Positions 26,631-39,377 of a stretch of DNA of 64,000 nt are shown one piece after another; the first letter of the stretch is position 1; each line of letters opens with the position of its first letter. The DNA is taken from assembly GCF_006345805.1 (NCBI RefSeq), contig NC_042997.1, positions 138,880,001 to 138,944,000 on the forward strand. Direction: 5' to 3'. The DNA is from Octopus sinensis. Lineage: Eukaryota. The notes beneath the pieces were generated by a model. That model saw only the letters and a list, made by a program, of their open reading frames with translations. It did not search any database and was not told the DNA's origin. A program made the position numbers and the translations under genes.

Positions 26631-26852
26631 GTATATGTCTGTAAGTATCTAAATATATGTTACCGACATGGAAATACGCAGTATTGCACCTAAGGACTCA
26701 TGCTATGGTTTCTAACTTCGGAAATTTGAATTTTGAACTTTTATGCTTCTTTTCTCATCTTTCTTTCTATCTGCTTATTCTTTTATTCCCTTCCTTTATG
26801 TCGTCGTCTTATTAATATATGTTATTTCCATTTCCCCTATTTTTCCCTATTT

Positions 26853-26908
26853 GCCTCTGATGGCGGAATATCTCATACTTGGTGATATCCCAGAAACAGC
26901 TATAAGAT
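26853..26908 (+). ncRNA. Degenerate minimal HHR (GAAACAGCTGTA family)
   Basis: CTGATGG, stem II GGAATATC/GATATCC, then GAAAC-AGCT-ATA. Confidence 0.45.
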
Positions 26909-27126
26909 TTCGAATTTATTCCTATAATAATATTGTATACTTGAGATGCTTACCTTGCCTTAATGTTTGCTGCCCTGTTTAACAATTATATATCCACTGC
27001 ATAGGAAATCTGTAATGGCTCCATAACTACCGTCTCGGCTATAACCTTGGAGCCCCAATAATCCGTTACAACACCTACCTAGCGTACCTAATCATTTAGA
27101 TCACCTGTGAACTAACCCCCGTACTT

Positions 27127-27168
<42 letters not shown>

Positions 27169-27172
<4 letters not shown>

Positions 27173-27228
27173 TATGCTGGCCATTGATAAAATATTTGCG
27201 AAAATTTTATCAATGGCCAGCATATTAA
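27169..27228. repeat. Hairpin with 25-bp perfect arms and a 10-nt spacer
   Basis: TTAATATGCTGGCCATTGATAAAAT ... ATTTTATCAATGGCCAGCATATTAA. Confidence 0.95.
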
Positions 27229-27251
27229 AGAATACCTTTAAAGGTTAAATT

Positions 27252-27578
27252 TATAAACAACTTATAAACAAGGGCAAAAGAAAAAAATTCCAATGCCAAA
27301 TATGCCGAAAATAGACTTAAATCGTCAATAACCATATAATTCATTACTATAAGCACGCGTCTCGAAGCAAGCTGACAAAAATTTCTAAAAAATTCCGTTA
27401 TTATCGAATCGGCCCCGATTTCTGAGTTAATTCATAAAGAATTTTCTCGTCGTTAGCAATGAATGCAATAATAAATAAATACGTGCTTATAGTAATGAAT
27501 TATAGGGTATTGACGATTTGAGTCTATTTTCGGCATACTTGGCATTGGAATTTTTCTTATGCCTTTGTCTATAAGTTG

Positions 27579-27590
<12 letters not shown>
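27252..27590. repeat. Inverted repeat with about 107-bp arms (27252-27358, 27481-27590)
   Basis: AAAAATTCCAATGCCAAATATGCCGAAAATAGACT... pairs with ...AGTCTATTTTCGGCATACTTGGCATTGGAATTTTT, with scattered mismatches. Confidence 0.85.
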
Positions 27591-27635
<45 letters not shown>

Positions 27636-27748
27636 GGATCTACATATACAATATCCATGCATATCTTACATCTATTATTATTCCTCCACTTCACTCTCTA
27701 TTTCGTATCTTATCTAAATTAACTTTTGCTTAACCATCATCTCACACC

Positions 27749-27796
27749 GTCTTCGATGAAGGGATATAATAAATATCCTAGAAACAGCTGTAAGAC
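27749..27796 (+). ncRNA. Minimal HHR motif in a pLTR-like repeat (27660-27860; homolog 52420-52620)
   Basis: Stem I GTCT/AGAC; core TCGATGA (altered); stem II GGATAT/ATATCC; GAAAC-AGCT-GTA with palindromic stem III. Confidence 0.55.
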
Positions 27797-28252
27797 TTTC
27801 TATTTATAAATGTTCTAAAATCTACGCAGCCTTGTTTTTTTTAATTTCATTACGGAAAAAAATTATATATATATATATACATATATATGGATGCTTATAT
27901 ATATGAGATAATAGTTTCAGTATTAATAGTTACACTATGTATATATTAAATATATAATGAAAGTATTTATAGTGAAACTATTAAAACTGAAGGTATTATC
28001 TCACATTACAACAGAGATTTTATTGTTTCACTTTTGACACGTAATACTGAAATAGCGTAAGAGACAAGAGATTGCTCCAGGTTCGCAGTAGGCAAAAAGT
28101 TGAAAATTTGTTGTCCCATGACACTGCATAGAGACCGAGTAGGCCAAGTGTAAAATTTGAATGAACTCGGCTGGGTAGTTCTCGACTTTTAGCGATGTAC
28201 ACAAGCAGACACACAGACAGAGTGGTACACACACCACACATTCTCAGCTATG

Positions 28253-28283
<31 letters not shown>

Positions 28284-28499
28284 GGTATGTATTACAGCGT
28301 CCCTGTATGTATGTATGTATGTATGTAGTATATATATATGTATGTATGTATGTATATATATATTATATATATAATATATATATACACATATATACATACA
28401 TACATACATACTACATACATACATACATACAACATACATACATACATACTACATACATACATACATACATACATGTATGTATGTATATATGTATACTTG

Positions 28500-28925
28500 A
28501 AGCATTGAGAAATTTGAAAATAAATCTTTTTTACGAAGCTGCTCAAATGCAGCTGCTGATAAAATATGTAATGTCTTCCACTGAATACATTACACATTTG
28601 AACAGCAGCTGCCCCAGAAGTATCATCAAAGTACTACTTCACATTGCAACATGATGTTGTTTTTTAAAATAATACTCACTGCCTATCTCTGTTATTGAAT
28701 ATATAATTACATAACAACATAAGAAATATTGGTGCAACGTTCCCATCAAAAATTCTACCAACTGCAGATATCACAAAAAACGAAACCTGCTTTAGTTGTT
28801 TTCGAAAGAACAAAAAAACTCCATGTGCAGTGATAGAGGTCAGCTGCCCTGCAGATTCTAACATTTCTTCCAAAATCAATGAGAAATGGGAATATCTATT
28901 GACAAAAGCTTCGAAAATTGCGGCA
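28500..28925 (+). mobile_element. Decayed C-terminal fragment of an RLE-type LINE (zinc knuckle and endonuclease)
   Basis: Plus-strand frames give EYITHLNSSCP, YYFTLQHDVV and CAVIEVSCPADSNISSKINEKWEY, matching the CCHC-RHD and IEVSCP-D...K..EK..Y pattern. Confidence 0.7.
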
Positions 28926-28936
28926 TACTCTTTTAC

Positions 28937-29143
28937 TCTTTTACTTGTTTCACTCATTTGACTGCGGCCATACTGGAGCACCGCCTTTAGTCGAACAAAT
29001 CGACCCCGGGACTTATTCTTTTGTAAGCCCAGTACTTATTCTATCGGTCTCTTTTGCCGAACCGCTAAGTGACGGGGACGTAAACACACCAGCATCGGTT
29101 GTCAAGCAATGCTAGGGAGACAAACACAGACACACAAACACAT

Positions 29144-29174
<31 letters not shown>

Positions 29175-29347
29175 CATATATACGACAGGCTTCTTTCAGT
29201 TTCCGTCTACCAAATCCACTCACAAGGCATTGGTCGGCCCGGGGCTATAGCAGAAGACACTTGCCCAAGATGCCACGCAGTGGAACTGAACCCGGAACCA
29301 TGTGGTTGGTAAGCAAGCTACTTACCACACAGTCACTCCTGCGCCTA
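28937..29347 (-). mobile_element. tRNA-derived SINE, family A, full length
   Basis: Head TAGGCGCAGGAGTGACTGTGTGGTAAG...GGTTCCGGGTTCAG, internal TA/TG tract and conserved 3' part. Other copies: 58995-59397 plus, 47571-47915 plus, 48000-48392 minus; partial at 22690-22830, 38420-38690, 42515-42760, 54885-55000, 56186-56450, 58370-58545 and 60150-60325. Confidence 0.85.
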
Positions 29348-29653
29348 TCTTTACCATTATTATATTAGTAAATTCACATTTGTATAAAAAAAAAGTTTTT
29401 GTAAACTTGGCTATGTTAGAAATGATTAAGTGACAATCTGAGAAAGCTGGGGTTTCAAGGTAAAGAAAGAAACTAGCGATGAGACACTTTGCAAATACCA
29501 TCTGCGAGCAGAACGGTAAGTATATGCAAGAATTTCCTCCAGTTTAACATTTAACAGTTATTGTCATTGTCTCTATATAAATTGTTGCGTTGAAGCTCTC
29601 ACCAGGAGCTTACACACGCACTCGTAGTATATACATACCTGTATATATCTGTA

Positions 29654-29710
<57 letters not shown>

Positions 29711-29779
29711 TATATATAATGTAAATGTATTAGTGAAATGAAGAAATGGAGCTGAACGAAGATTGAACAGAAATCGTTT

Positions 29780-29872
29780 TATTTCATTCTACACGTGTTT
29801 CGAAAGGCACAATTTACCAAAATCCGATTGAATAATGATACCATATTGTGTCTTTCTCTTCAGGAAGAAATA
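29780..29872 (-). ncRNA. Type I HHR with intact core
   Basis: Minus strand TATTTCTTC-CTGAAGA-GAAAGACACAAT...ATTGTGCCTTTC-GAAAC-ACGT-GTA^GAATGAAATA. Stem I 9 bp with one bulge; stem II 12 bp with one mismatch; palindromic ACACGTGT. Confidence 0.8.
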
Positions 29873-29964
29873 GGAAATCCGTTGGAAAAAACAAAAACAG
29901 AACAGAGGCGAAGCAAAACAAATCGAACTAGGCTCCTAAGAACCCATGGCCAAAACGGATTTCC

Positions 29965-30057
29965 TATTTCTTCCTGAAGAGAAAGACACAATATGGTCTC
30001 ATTATTCAATCGGATTTTGGTAAATTGTGCCTTTCGAAACACGCGTAGAATGAAATA
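29965..30057 (+). ncRNA. Type I HHR with intact core
   Basis: CTGAAGA 29974-29980; GAAAC 30036-30040; loop ACGC; GTA 30045-30047; same stems as the minus-strand copy. Confidence 0.78.
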
Positions 30058-30341
30058 AAACGATTTCTGTTCAATCTTCGTTCAGCTTCATTTCTTCATT
30101 TCACTAATAATATTAAAATTCAATTATCCGCACCAACGCACGGTTGCAACACCATATGGTGGTACCTCCAACCGTGCTGTCTTCTGCTGTGATTTTTGCT
30201 ACCAAGGTATCGGTTAAACTTTTCATTAATCTGCTACAAGATTATTCATCTTTCTATTTCACATAATATATATGTATGTTATATATGTGTACATATATAT
30301 ACATATAATTATATATTATATATTATATATATAATTATATA

Positions 30342-30374
<33 letters not shown>

Positions 30375-30799
30375 AGCTGCCGATAGGACAGATATTTTCA
30401 CGAGGCAGCACCGTTAGAAAACTGCTTTCGTTTCACATACTTTAATATCTTTTTAAAAATTATACTGAGTTAGTTATCCCCCTTGCCTCCTGTTACCTAC
30501 CTTCGTTCACTCTCTAGGCTCATTCTTATTTTTCAAGCATCCAAAATGGCGAGACCCCTTTGACACAAGAATTGATTATTTCACTATGTCCCTTGAAAAG
30601 CTAATTTAAATAGCGGAAACCGGTTGAATATCACGACATCCATAAAATATGTATATATTTTTAAAAAATGTCTCTTTATAAAAAGATATTAAAGTATGTG
30701 AAATGAAGGCATTTGTTTTCCAATCTTTATATGTTTTCCATATATTTTCTACTCGTAATTTCCCCACATGGTGTATACCGAATCTCCAGTATTTTTCCT

Positions 30800-30881
<82 letters not shown>

Positions 30882-30996
30882 ATGTATATATGGAGTTAAT
30901 CCAAACATGAAAACGCAAAGAGAAAACACAACAACGTGAGGACGTGAAACAAGTATAGTGTTATTGGACGCTCAGGAAAGAAAAGAAAGAAGGAGG

Positions 30997-31031
30997 ATTT
31001 AACGTTTCGAGCGGAGCTCTTTGTCAGAAAC
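30997..31031 (-). ncRNA. Minimal type I HHR motif, one core lesion
   Basis: GTTT-CTGACAA-A-GAGC-TCC-GCTC-GAAAC-GTT-AAAT; G8 reads A. Confidence 0.55.
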
Positions 31032-31203
31032 ATACAAGAAGGAAAGATCCAAGGAATGGAAAACGGAGAGAAAAATCGCCAACGATATACACGCGGTCAC
31101 CTATTGAATGCGTGGCACGTTGGGCAAATCTCTTCTTCTATAGCCTCTCTGGTCGACCAAATCCTTGTGAGTGGGTTTGATAGACGTAAACTGAAAGAAG
31201 CCT

Positions 31204-31249
<46 letters not shown>

Positions 31250-32672
31250 TGAGTGTGTGTGCGTGCATGTGTGCATGTGTTTACAAAAGAAATAATTCTG
31301 AATAAGTTACCTGCTTTATAATTGATGTACGTGGGTGGTGATTAACACGGCTATTAACTTAACGCATGTACCTAATCGATCATATGATCATTGTAAGTGA
31401 AAGAACTTTCGTCGCATTCGACTTGAAAGTTGGATCCTTGCTATTTGTCACTAAACGTAGCTCCCATTGAATGATCCATGTCACGTGAAAAACACTATTA
31501 AAGTATAATTTTGCTACACAGAAGTTATGGAGATAACTCAGTCGAGATTAATTTTCGTTCGGGAGTCAGATAATTTCTTGATTTGCCCTGAGATTATTTT
31601 CTGAACGAGTCGTTTGGAATCATAAGAAGAATAATCGTCTGTGATGGTAATTGAAAATCACATTTGTCTAACCTTTGTCGAATACTGTGGGCTATTTCAA
31701 GATCTGCAGTTTCTCTCAGAAACATAACCTGTTTCTATATAATCTACTGCAGTATAAGTGTTTTAAATTATAATGGAGGAGTTATGCTTTTATCTCTAAC
31801 TCTATGGAGTTATCGCCAACGACTTCAAGAGGCGGTATAACGAGCTTTTGAATTCATTTAAGTTCAGAAGCAGGATAAATTCCACTCGTCTCTTCTATTT
31901 TATTTAATGAGGAAGGTGAGCGGGGAAGTGAAGTGAGGCAGGGGACTGAAATTTATCCTCTGGTCTTAAAGGAATTTAGAAGCTGATTACTCTGGGCTTT
32001 TAAGTTGTTAGCAGTCACCCCGCATTGTTCCATTGGGACCCTTCCTGTGTTGTAAGTGTAGCTCTAAATACCACAACTTTGGGAGGACAACGTCTTCTCA
32101 GACGGTAAATTACAAGATATCTGAAATTGCATGTAGAATGTTGGAATTGGGCCACTGGAGTTCTTAACGGATATATGTGTATATCCCTTGGGATATATAC
32201 CTTTTTCTCATTCGGTTTCCTTTAAAAGAGATATCAAAGATCTAATGCAATATTTGGTAAATTAGTTTAACTAACTTTAGAGAAAATAAATCATTTTTAA
32301 TCTTTTGCCTGTTCAAAGTACTTTCATAAGTTTATGCTAAACCTCTATGCTTCTTGAGCAATATAAAGCTTTCCTTTTATAAATTACAAGTTACACTGGC
32401 GGTTGAGAAAAATTGGGAGTGAGTATCATATATGAAGCACCGGACACCAGAGATATCTGCCCTGTGTATCACATGATACGCAGCGCAAGCAAATTTTAAT
32501 CCCAAATGCTTGGGTATACTTACCGAATCCAATTTTGAATCTAGCCAGGATTTTGTGTTCGTCTTGACAAAGGAAAGAATATTTGAACAAAAATAACAAT
32601 TGAAGAAAATGGTAAGTTTGAGGAAATAGAGCTGAAAAAGCAACGTTGGAAAATTTGTTCAAGGATCTACGC

Positions 32673-32756
<84 letters not shown>

Positions 32757-32827
32757 ATATATATATATATATATACACACATATATATTATATATATATA
32801 ATATATATATATAATATATATATATAC

Positions 32828-32897
<70 letters not shown>

Positions 32898-33083
32898 TAT
32901 ATATATATTTGTGTGTGTGTTATACACACATACGCCTGTATATGATTGTAGTTATTTGTGCGTGTTTGTATGTGCAGATAAACGATCAGATGTTGACTCA
33001 AGTGTCCACCAGTCGGAGTTTCTTAGACATGTAAAACACGTGTTTAATCGTTCAGATGTTCACCATAAGTGTTATTTAATTAT

Positions 33084-33154
<71 letters not shown>

Positions 33155-33360
33155 CATATATATATGAGATGTTTTGGTATCCAGAAGACCCAAAAGGCAG
33201 GTAAGTGCTACAGAAGGACCGCTGTTAAACTCCGGGTTCAATAATAGCATGAGTGAGGAGTCTAAGGTAGGTCATGTGTGAGAGTTTATATGTTAAATAA
33301 AATAAGATAACAAGGCCAAGGCAATTTGATATTCCTACGATATTAATAAATAGAAAGGTG

Positions 33361-33404
33361 ATCTTACAGCTGTTTCAGGGAAATAAATGACATCCCATCA
33401 TCAG
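33361..33404 (-). ncRNA. HHR motif with intact core; stem I not evident
   Basis: CTGATGA-T-GGGA-(11 nt)-TCCC-T-GAAAC-AGCT-GTA-AGAT. Confidence 0.6.
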
Positions 33405-33559
33405 TTAAAAATGCTTCAGTAGAAGGAATTAGTAGAGTTCATTATTTTTAGAAGAAATTATTCTGGGGAGGGAGAGATATACAAGAAATTAGATATAAAG
33501 CAGAAAGTATAAAAGGAAAATATGAATAAGTCTTTAAAAGATAAACGGGGTGAGGGGGG

Positions 33560-33775
33560 AATTAGGTGTGCTGTTGGCGAATTTCAGAAAGCATGGAAGT
33601 CTTAAAGGATATAGTGCCTCGACAGCTAACAACTGATGCGGGTAGTTTATTCCATGCTTCAGCAATTCTGTGCGTGAAAAAAAAATGTTTCCGAAAGTCA
33701 TGGGTGCTAGATTGTATTTTTAGTTTTGTAAGCATGTTCACAAGTGTTAAACATATAGAAATAGACACTATGTAG
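33560..33775 (-). mobile_element. CR1-group LINE 3' end fragment
   Basis: RKHFFFTHRIAEAWNKLPASVV...FKTSM matches the CR1/L2 terminal FF..R....WN.LP..VV...FK motif. Confidence 0.75.
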
Positions 33776-34539
33776 AAGCCTTTAATTAAGAAAGATTATT
33801 GAAAGTATGAGTATATGGAAGGAAATTTAAAGCTTCTAATTTCCTTAACATAAATTTTCTATGGGTCAAGCGATAGTGAATATAAACGTCGATTAAAAGA
33901 CAAGTGTAGCAGTTGGGATAGTGAGCTCGAATTCAAGTATACATAGTTTGGCTGACTAAAGCCATTCACTGCGTTTTGTCACGGAGAAAACCGGGGGAAA
34001 TCTGGAAGAAAGGAGGAAATTTTTCTATGATAAACACAATGAATGGCTTTCTTACGGGGTCGAAATTGCCCAAGTATATTTGAATTGGGAATAACCTTGT
34101 ATTTAATTTGGAACATTTAATCGTTATTTAATTCGTAGGTAAATTTCGTTTCGTTTATCGGTACACATTGTTTATGAGAATAGAATTATTTCATTATAAA
34201 GGACTTTATGTGGTGGGGAAAAAAATGATCATTAATAAATTTGAATTTTGTTTTTATTCAATGACTGATAAAAGTAGACCAAAATTGATTAAAATACTTG
34301 GAAGAATTTACAAATGAATATACTTGAAAATACTGATAAATTTCTTGTTTTTGAATTTTATTTGTTATGATCTGTTTCCATTTTGGGGTTTGAGATTTGG
34401 CTAGGATATTTTTTTTCTTTGTAAGGCTCAAGTCCAGTTTCCCTGGCTATCAAAAGGCTCTGTTGTATCTATTTATCCTTTCATAGAGCTATTTATTTTT
34501 CTGTTGCATAGGGAGATGTTTACGCTGGTCCATATTTAT

Positions 34540-35527
34540 CGACTGAGCGATGTCTAGTTTTTCTACTTTTGTAAATTCTTCAGTCGGTTCGTCTCCGTCC
34601 TTGGTTATAGCTGGTCTGTTATGGTGTGTGTTATTTTGTTCGTTCTTTTGTGCTTCAGTATTCGCCTGTCTATGTGTGTTGTTGATTTGCTGTTCTATTT
34701 ATTTCTGGATTGTGTAGCTGTGTAGAGATTTTACTTTGGTTAGCCATTTATCTACTGTTTGTAGTGTTATCTTTGTGTCCCCTTCCGTCTATTGTGGAGT
34801 CTTATGCGTTTTCGTAGATACAATGTCTGACGTGCTGTTTTTGCCTGATTGCGTCCCATTGTTTTGAGTTATGAAATGTTTTGTTTTATTTTCCGTGTGT
34901 ATTTTATCTATTATTATGTCTATTTCGGTTTGGGGCACTTTTCCCTCTCGCAGGATATATCGCCCGACATTCGCAAGCGTATTCTCCGAGTCATTTCCCC
35001 TTCTATCAGTATTTCTTCTTCTCCATATTTGGTACGTTTCTTTTGTTATCCCTATGTCTCCCGGGTATAGTTTTGCAGTGTAGAATGCATATAACACCTC
35101 GATGCAGTCGTCATCTATCCAGCGTTGTCTTTTGGTTTTGATTTTCGCTTCGGCTGTGACATTAGGAGCAGGGTCTGCCTGTTCATAATTAACTTTTTGG
35201 CAAAACACCGTCTCTGGATTTATGTTATTTTTATTTTCGTATCTCAAGCGCCTCAGGCTCATAAAAAAAAAATCCGCCTTTATTTGTTTTCGAAGTTTTA
35301 TTACCGGGCACATCTGTTTTTTTTTTCTATATTTAAAATGAAACGTGTTGCATTTTATATTTATTGTTATCATTATGTGTCTCGTTTAATTTCTTTAAAC
35401 ATTTTGTGTTCTACGTTGTCTTATTCATGTCGTAAATGTGCAAGTGCATGTGTGTACCGTATAAACATTACAGTTATGTGTATTTGTGTAGAAATGAGAC
35501 TGCATATACGATTATTATTTGTATTCA
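34540..35527 (-). mobile_element. 5' portion (5' UTR and N-terminal domain) of an R4/Dong-like element
   Basis: KRQRWIDDDCIEVLYAFY...GITKETYQIWRRRN...NTLANVGRYIL (34789..35373) fits the R4-clade N-terminal pattern. The 5' end abuts (TAA)n at 35528-35582. Confidence 0.6.
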
Positions 35528-35528
35528 C

Positions 35529-35581
<53 letters not shown>

Positions 35582-35957
35582 GAGTGAGCGAGCAACGCAT
35601 GCCATCAAAGTGACACTGACGTAAAAATATACGAAGGCCAATATACCCATCATGATTACCCTTCTGATGAGGGTACACCAGGCACTTGCATCACAACAGT
35701 ATGTGCGCGACATGGTGATCTCATATCAAGATAAACGGTACATGGCATTGCAGGTGGGGTCCAGTTAAAATTCTTTTTTTTTATTAACCTTTGTGTACTA
35801 TTTATATTTCTCTTCCTTTTCATGTGTATACTTTTTTCTTTTTCTTTCTTTTTTTATTCCCCTATTTTATCATTTCCTTATTTGAGAAGCCCCACACTTA
35901 ATAATATCTGTTTTATATTGTTCCCATCATGCTTCGCACTAGTGGCAATTAAATGAA

Positions 35958-35990
<33 letters not shown>

Positions 35991-35999
35991 GTTGTTGTT

Positions 36000-36044
<45 letters not shown>

Positions 36045-36099
36045 TAGTAGTAGTAGTTGTTGTTGTGTTGTTGTTGTTGTTATTATTATTATTTTCGTG

Positions 36100-37680
36100 A
36101 TTCGAAATTTAGAAAATTCGAGACTGTATATACCGAATCTTGTAGGGGTTACTCGGAGCAAATAGTTGATTTCCAAGTAAATATTTCGAAAAACATTGAC
36201 GCACTGCCAGACTGTAATAAAAGTTTGGTTAGTTCACTCAAAGAACAAAAGCTGTGTGTGCCGTTTTGCTTGCAAATTCTTTTCTACCTACCAAGCATCA
36301 CTAGGACTAGATGAATTTTCGACTGACTGAACGTACACAATATTCTGGAGACACATGAATATAACATTGAAAATAAGAGGGAGATGTTGTGCTGGATGAT
36401 AAGAATAAAAAAAAAATACTGTAGCTCAGGAACTTGCATGTAGAAAAAGCATGTAGCACAATTTTGAAGCACTGGAAGGGAAATGTAGCTGTCATAACGT
36501 TTTTAAATGAAAGAGGGTGTTGTATTTGTAGGTCAGGAGAGGAAGTGGGTCTCACCAGATAATGTCCATGGGAATCATTGAACTTATTGAAGAGTTCAAC
36601 CCGTATTTACGTGAACATCTCGATAAATGAATGAGTTAAGAAAGTAAATATTACTTATCTACCCAAACACGTGTATGATGAATTGATAGAAATCATGTGC
36701 AAGGGAAACATGTGCAAATTGAAATTGTGAATCAAATTCACAACCAATAAAAAAAAAAGTCCAAAAGTATACTGACTCTATACCATATGCAGTTCATTCC
36801 ATCACTCGTGAAGGAATAAAGGTTATCAACAGTACTTTTTTTTATATATTTCGGCAATTTACAGGCTATTTTGGTATTCTAAACACGCAGGAAAATCTAG
36901 ATATTTTTCCTGGAGGGCTGAAGTGTAACAAGATGGACTGCTCACTATGAATGAGTCAAGGTAGTTAAAATGGATACACGGGTGGTTTACAAATACTCAA
37001 ACATCTTTGAAGACTCGTAGGAAAGGCTTAATTGTAAACGAGATCCAAAGTATTTATTCTACAATTCGACAAAGTTGAAATATAGTATATTAACAGTTGT
37101 TTCGGAAAGAAGTGTTAGAGTGTTTCAACAAAACAACGAACTCCAAACACTGGGTTTTAATGTATTTGAAGGTTATCTTCTATTATCATCTTTACTTTCT
37201 TCTGTTAAAGTTCTCTGAAAGCATTCAGGCGGCAAAATACCACACCATGAGTCAGAAAAATTCGCCAGAGGTTATTCTGATGCTTCTAAACGCACTGTGT
37301 CAATAAATTGGTAATACAATTACGTAAGAGAATTAGCACATATGAACTGCTTGTGAAAGAATTCAAGTTCTCAGAATTGGTGAACAATTCTAAAACTGAA
37401 GGGGATAATATTAAACTTATCGTATCATATTACATCGGCTACAAATTAGTTCAGAGAATACTTGCACGCTAGGAAATCCCAGAACATAGATGAAGACGCG
37501 CCATGCAAAATGCAATGCACAAAAATTCATCAACTTATTCCTGAGCTACGTCTAATTGAAATGTTCCGCAATATTACTACTGCACTTAAGCTGAACTTGA
37601 CAATGCCTGTCACGAGCTGTGAAGCAGAAAGTCATTTCTCAAAGCTATTTTTTATAAAGAGCAAAGGGAGTTTAAAATAA
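36100..37680 (+). mobile_element. Highly decayed hAT transposase remnant
   Basis: LTMPVTSCEAESHFSKLFFIKS (37462..37680) is the hAT dimerisation motif; YLPKHVYDELIEIM and TDSIPYAVH lie upstream. Confidence 0.7.
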
Positions 37681-38629
37681 AAGATTATATAAAATTTGGC
37701 CTTTGCTAAATTATATTTCATCAGTCTACGAGGCATCAAACATATATGTATAAATAATCCCTAAATTTCATCTCCCGTCCTACAATTCAAAATCTATAAG
37801 GTATAAGAATATTTTATACATACCAGTGATTTCCACATGTATGGTAACCAAAAACAGTGATTTCAATAAAAACCTGAGACGAACGCATCAATATTATTTT
37901 AAAATTTGTAATAGCCTTTTATGGAACATACACATTGATGAAGGTAAAGTGTGTTGATACAGAGCTTTCTAGTGATAGGAAGGTCTCTGCATGATCCCAT
38001 TTTCATAGAATCTGCAGTAATACCACCCTCCATGCATGAATAACAGTGCTTTCAAGCCTTGTTAGATATTTCCCTATTGTTGCTGGTTATGAAAGGGCCT
38101 TCTTATATTTCAAGCATCAAGGTTAAAATAAACGTAGGTTGGTAACTACCACTGATACTTATCTCTGTTACGTCTGGTAGCTGGTATTATTTATTACTAT
38201 CTGGTAATACTATGTTATCGTAAGATGTTTATCTTGTCTGCAGTTCCGACCAGATTCCAATGTAAATCGATGTCGATAGCCATGACAGGAATACGATCTT
38301 ATTTCTCCTGTTAAGTTTCTTATGTGTGTGTGTGTGTGTGTATGTGTGTGCGTGTGTATGTTATGTGCGTTTGTGTGTGTGTTATGTGTGTGTTGTGTGT
38401 GTGTGTACACATATATATATTAACTTTTATCTCTTACTTGTTTCAGTCAATAGTCTGCGGCCATACTGGGGCACTAACTTGAAGGTTTGTTATTTTTTTT
38501 AAAGTGTGACACTTATTCTATTGGGGTCTTGTGCCGAATCGCTATGTTACGGGGACGTAAACAACCCCAACAAGGGTTGTCAAACAGTAGTGGGAAACAA
38601 ACACTGACACAAATACGCACACACACATA

Positions 38630-38688
<59 letters not shown>

Positions 38689-39136
38689 ACCTCACTTGGG
38701 TATGACATTAAACTGCATTCGGAAGGGAGGGTCCTGGTTCGGAAGTTCCTTGGTTTTGAAGAGAGTGGAATCACCTCTTAAGCGCTATTTCTTCCCAGGT
38801 TTATTCTAATCTGAAGTAGTAGGAGATGTCAGGGTCCAAGTTACAGTTTAACTAGTAAAAGGACAACTGAGAATGTATGACCCTACTTCTTGTTAGAGCT
38901 TTCTTCTAAGATATGGTTAACACGTATAAAAAAAAAAACCTAAAGTGCAGTTGGTTTCTTTGGTTTCTGGAGGTCTCGACCTCTGTTGTACCACTGGTAC
39001 TACAGCAGATTGCGCTGATTAGTGATTTCAATGCTGTGGAACCCTTTACCCGTCCAAAACAAATTCCTTCTGAAGAAACTTCCTCGGCTCTTGATTCTAA
39101 AAATTTGTCTTATACGGTAACGACTCCACTTCCAGC

Positions 39137-39346
39137 ATACGTATGTATGTATGTATGTATGTATGTATGTATGTATGTATGTATGTATGTATGTATGTAT
39201 GTATGTATGTATGTATGTATGTATGTATGTATGCATGCATGCATGCATGCATGCATGCATGTATGTACGTATGTATGTATGTATGTATGTATGTATGTAT
39301 GTATGTATGTATGTATGTATGTATGTATGTTTGTATGGATGGATGG

Positions 39347-39375
<29 letters not shown>
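39137..39375. repeat. (TATG)n/(TGCA)n/(TGGA)n compound microsatellite. Other large arrays: (TATG)n 39622-39790, (AAT)n 41040-41145, (ATCT)n 43505-43705, (AG)n 56520-56712, and many (TA)n and (TG)n tracts
   Basis: Direct reading; these generate the MYVC, YIYI, HTHT and LSIY ORFs. Confidence 0.97.

Positions 39376-39377
<2 letters not shown>

Larger units (their letters stand above)
29728..30109. repeat. Inverted repeat with 156-bp arms (29728-29883, 29954-30109) and a 70-bp spacer
   Basis: Arms differ at only a few positions; mirrored ORFs 29795..29977 and 29860..30042. Confidence 0.95.

Noticed and set aside
28676-28981. Hydrophobic minus-strand ORF with a GTGAGT donor-like end as a receptor exon
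   Set aside because: Better explained as the antisense of an RLE-LINE fragment with recognisable motifs on the plus strand.
29290-29347. tRNA genes at SINE heads (also 21498 and 58995)
   Set aside because: A/B-box-like heads continue into SINE bodies and no full cloverleaf can be drawn.
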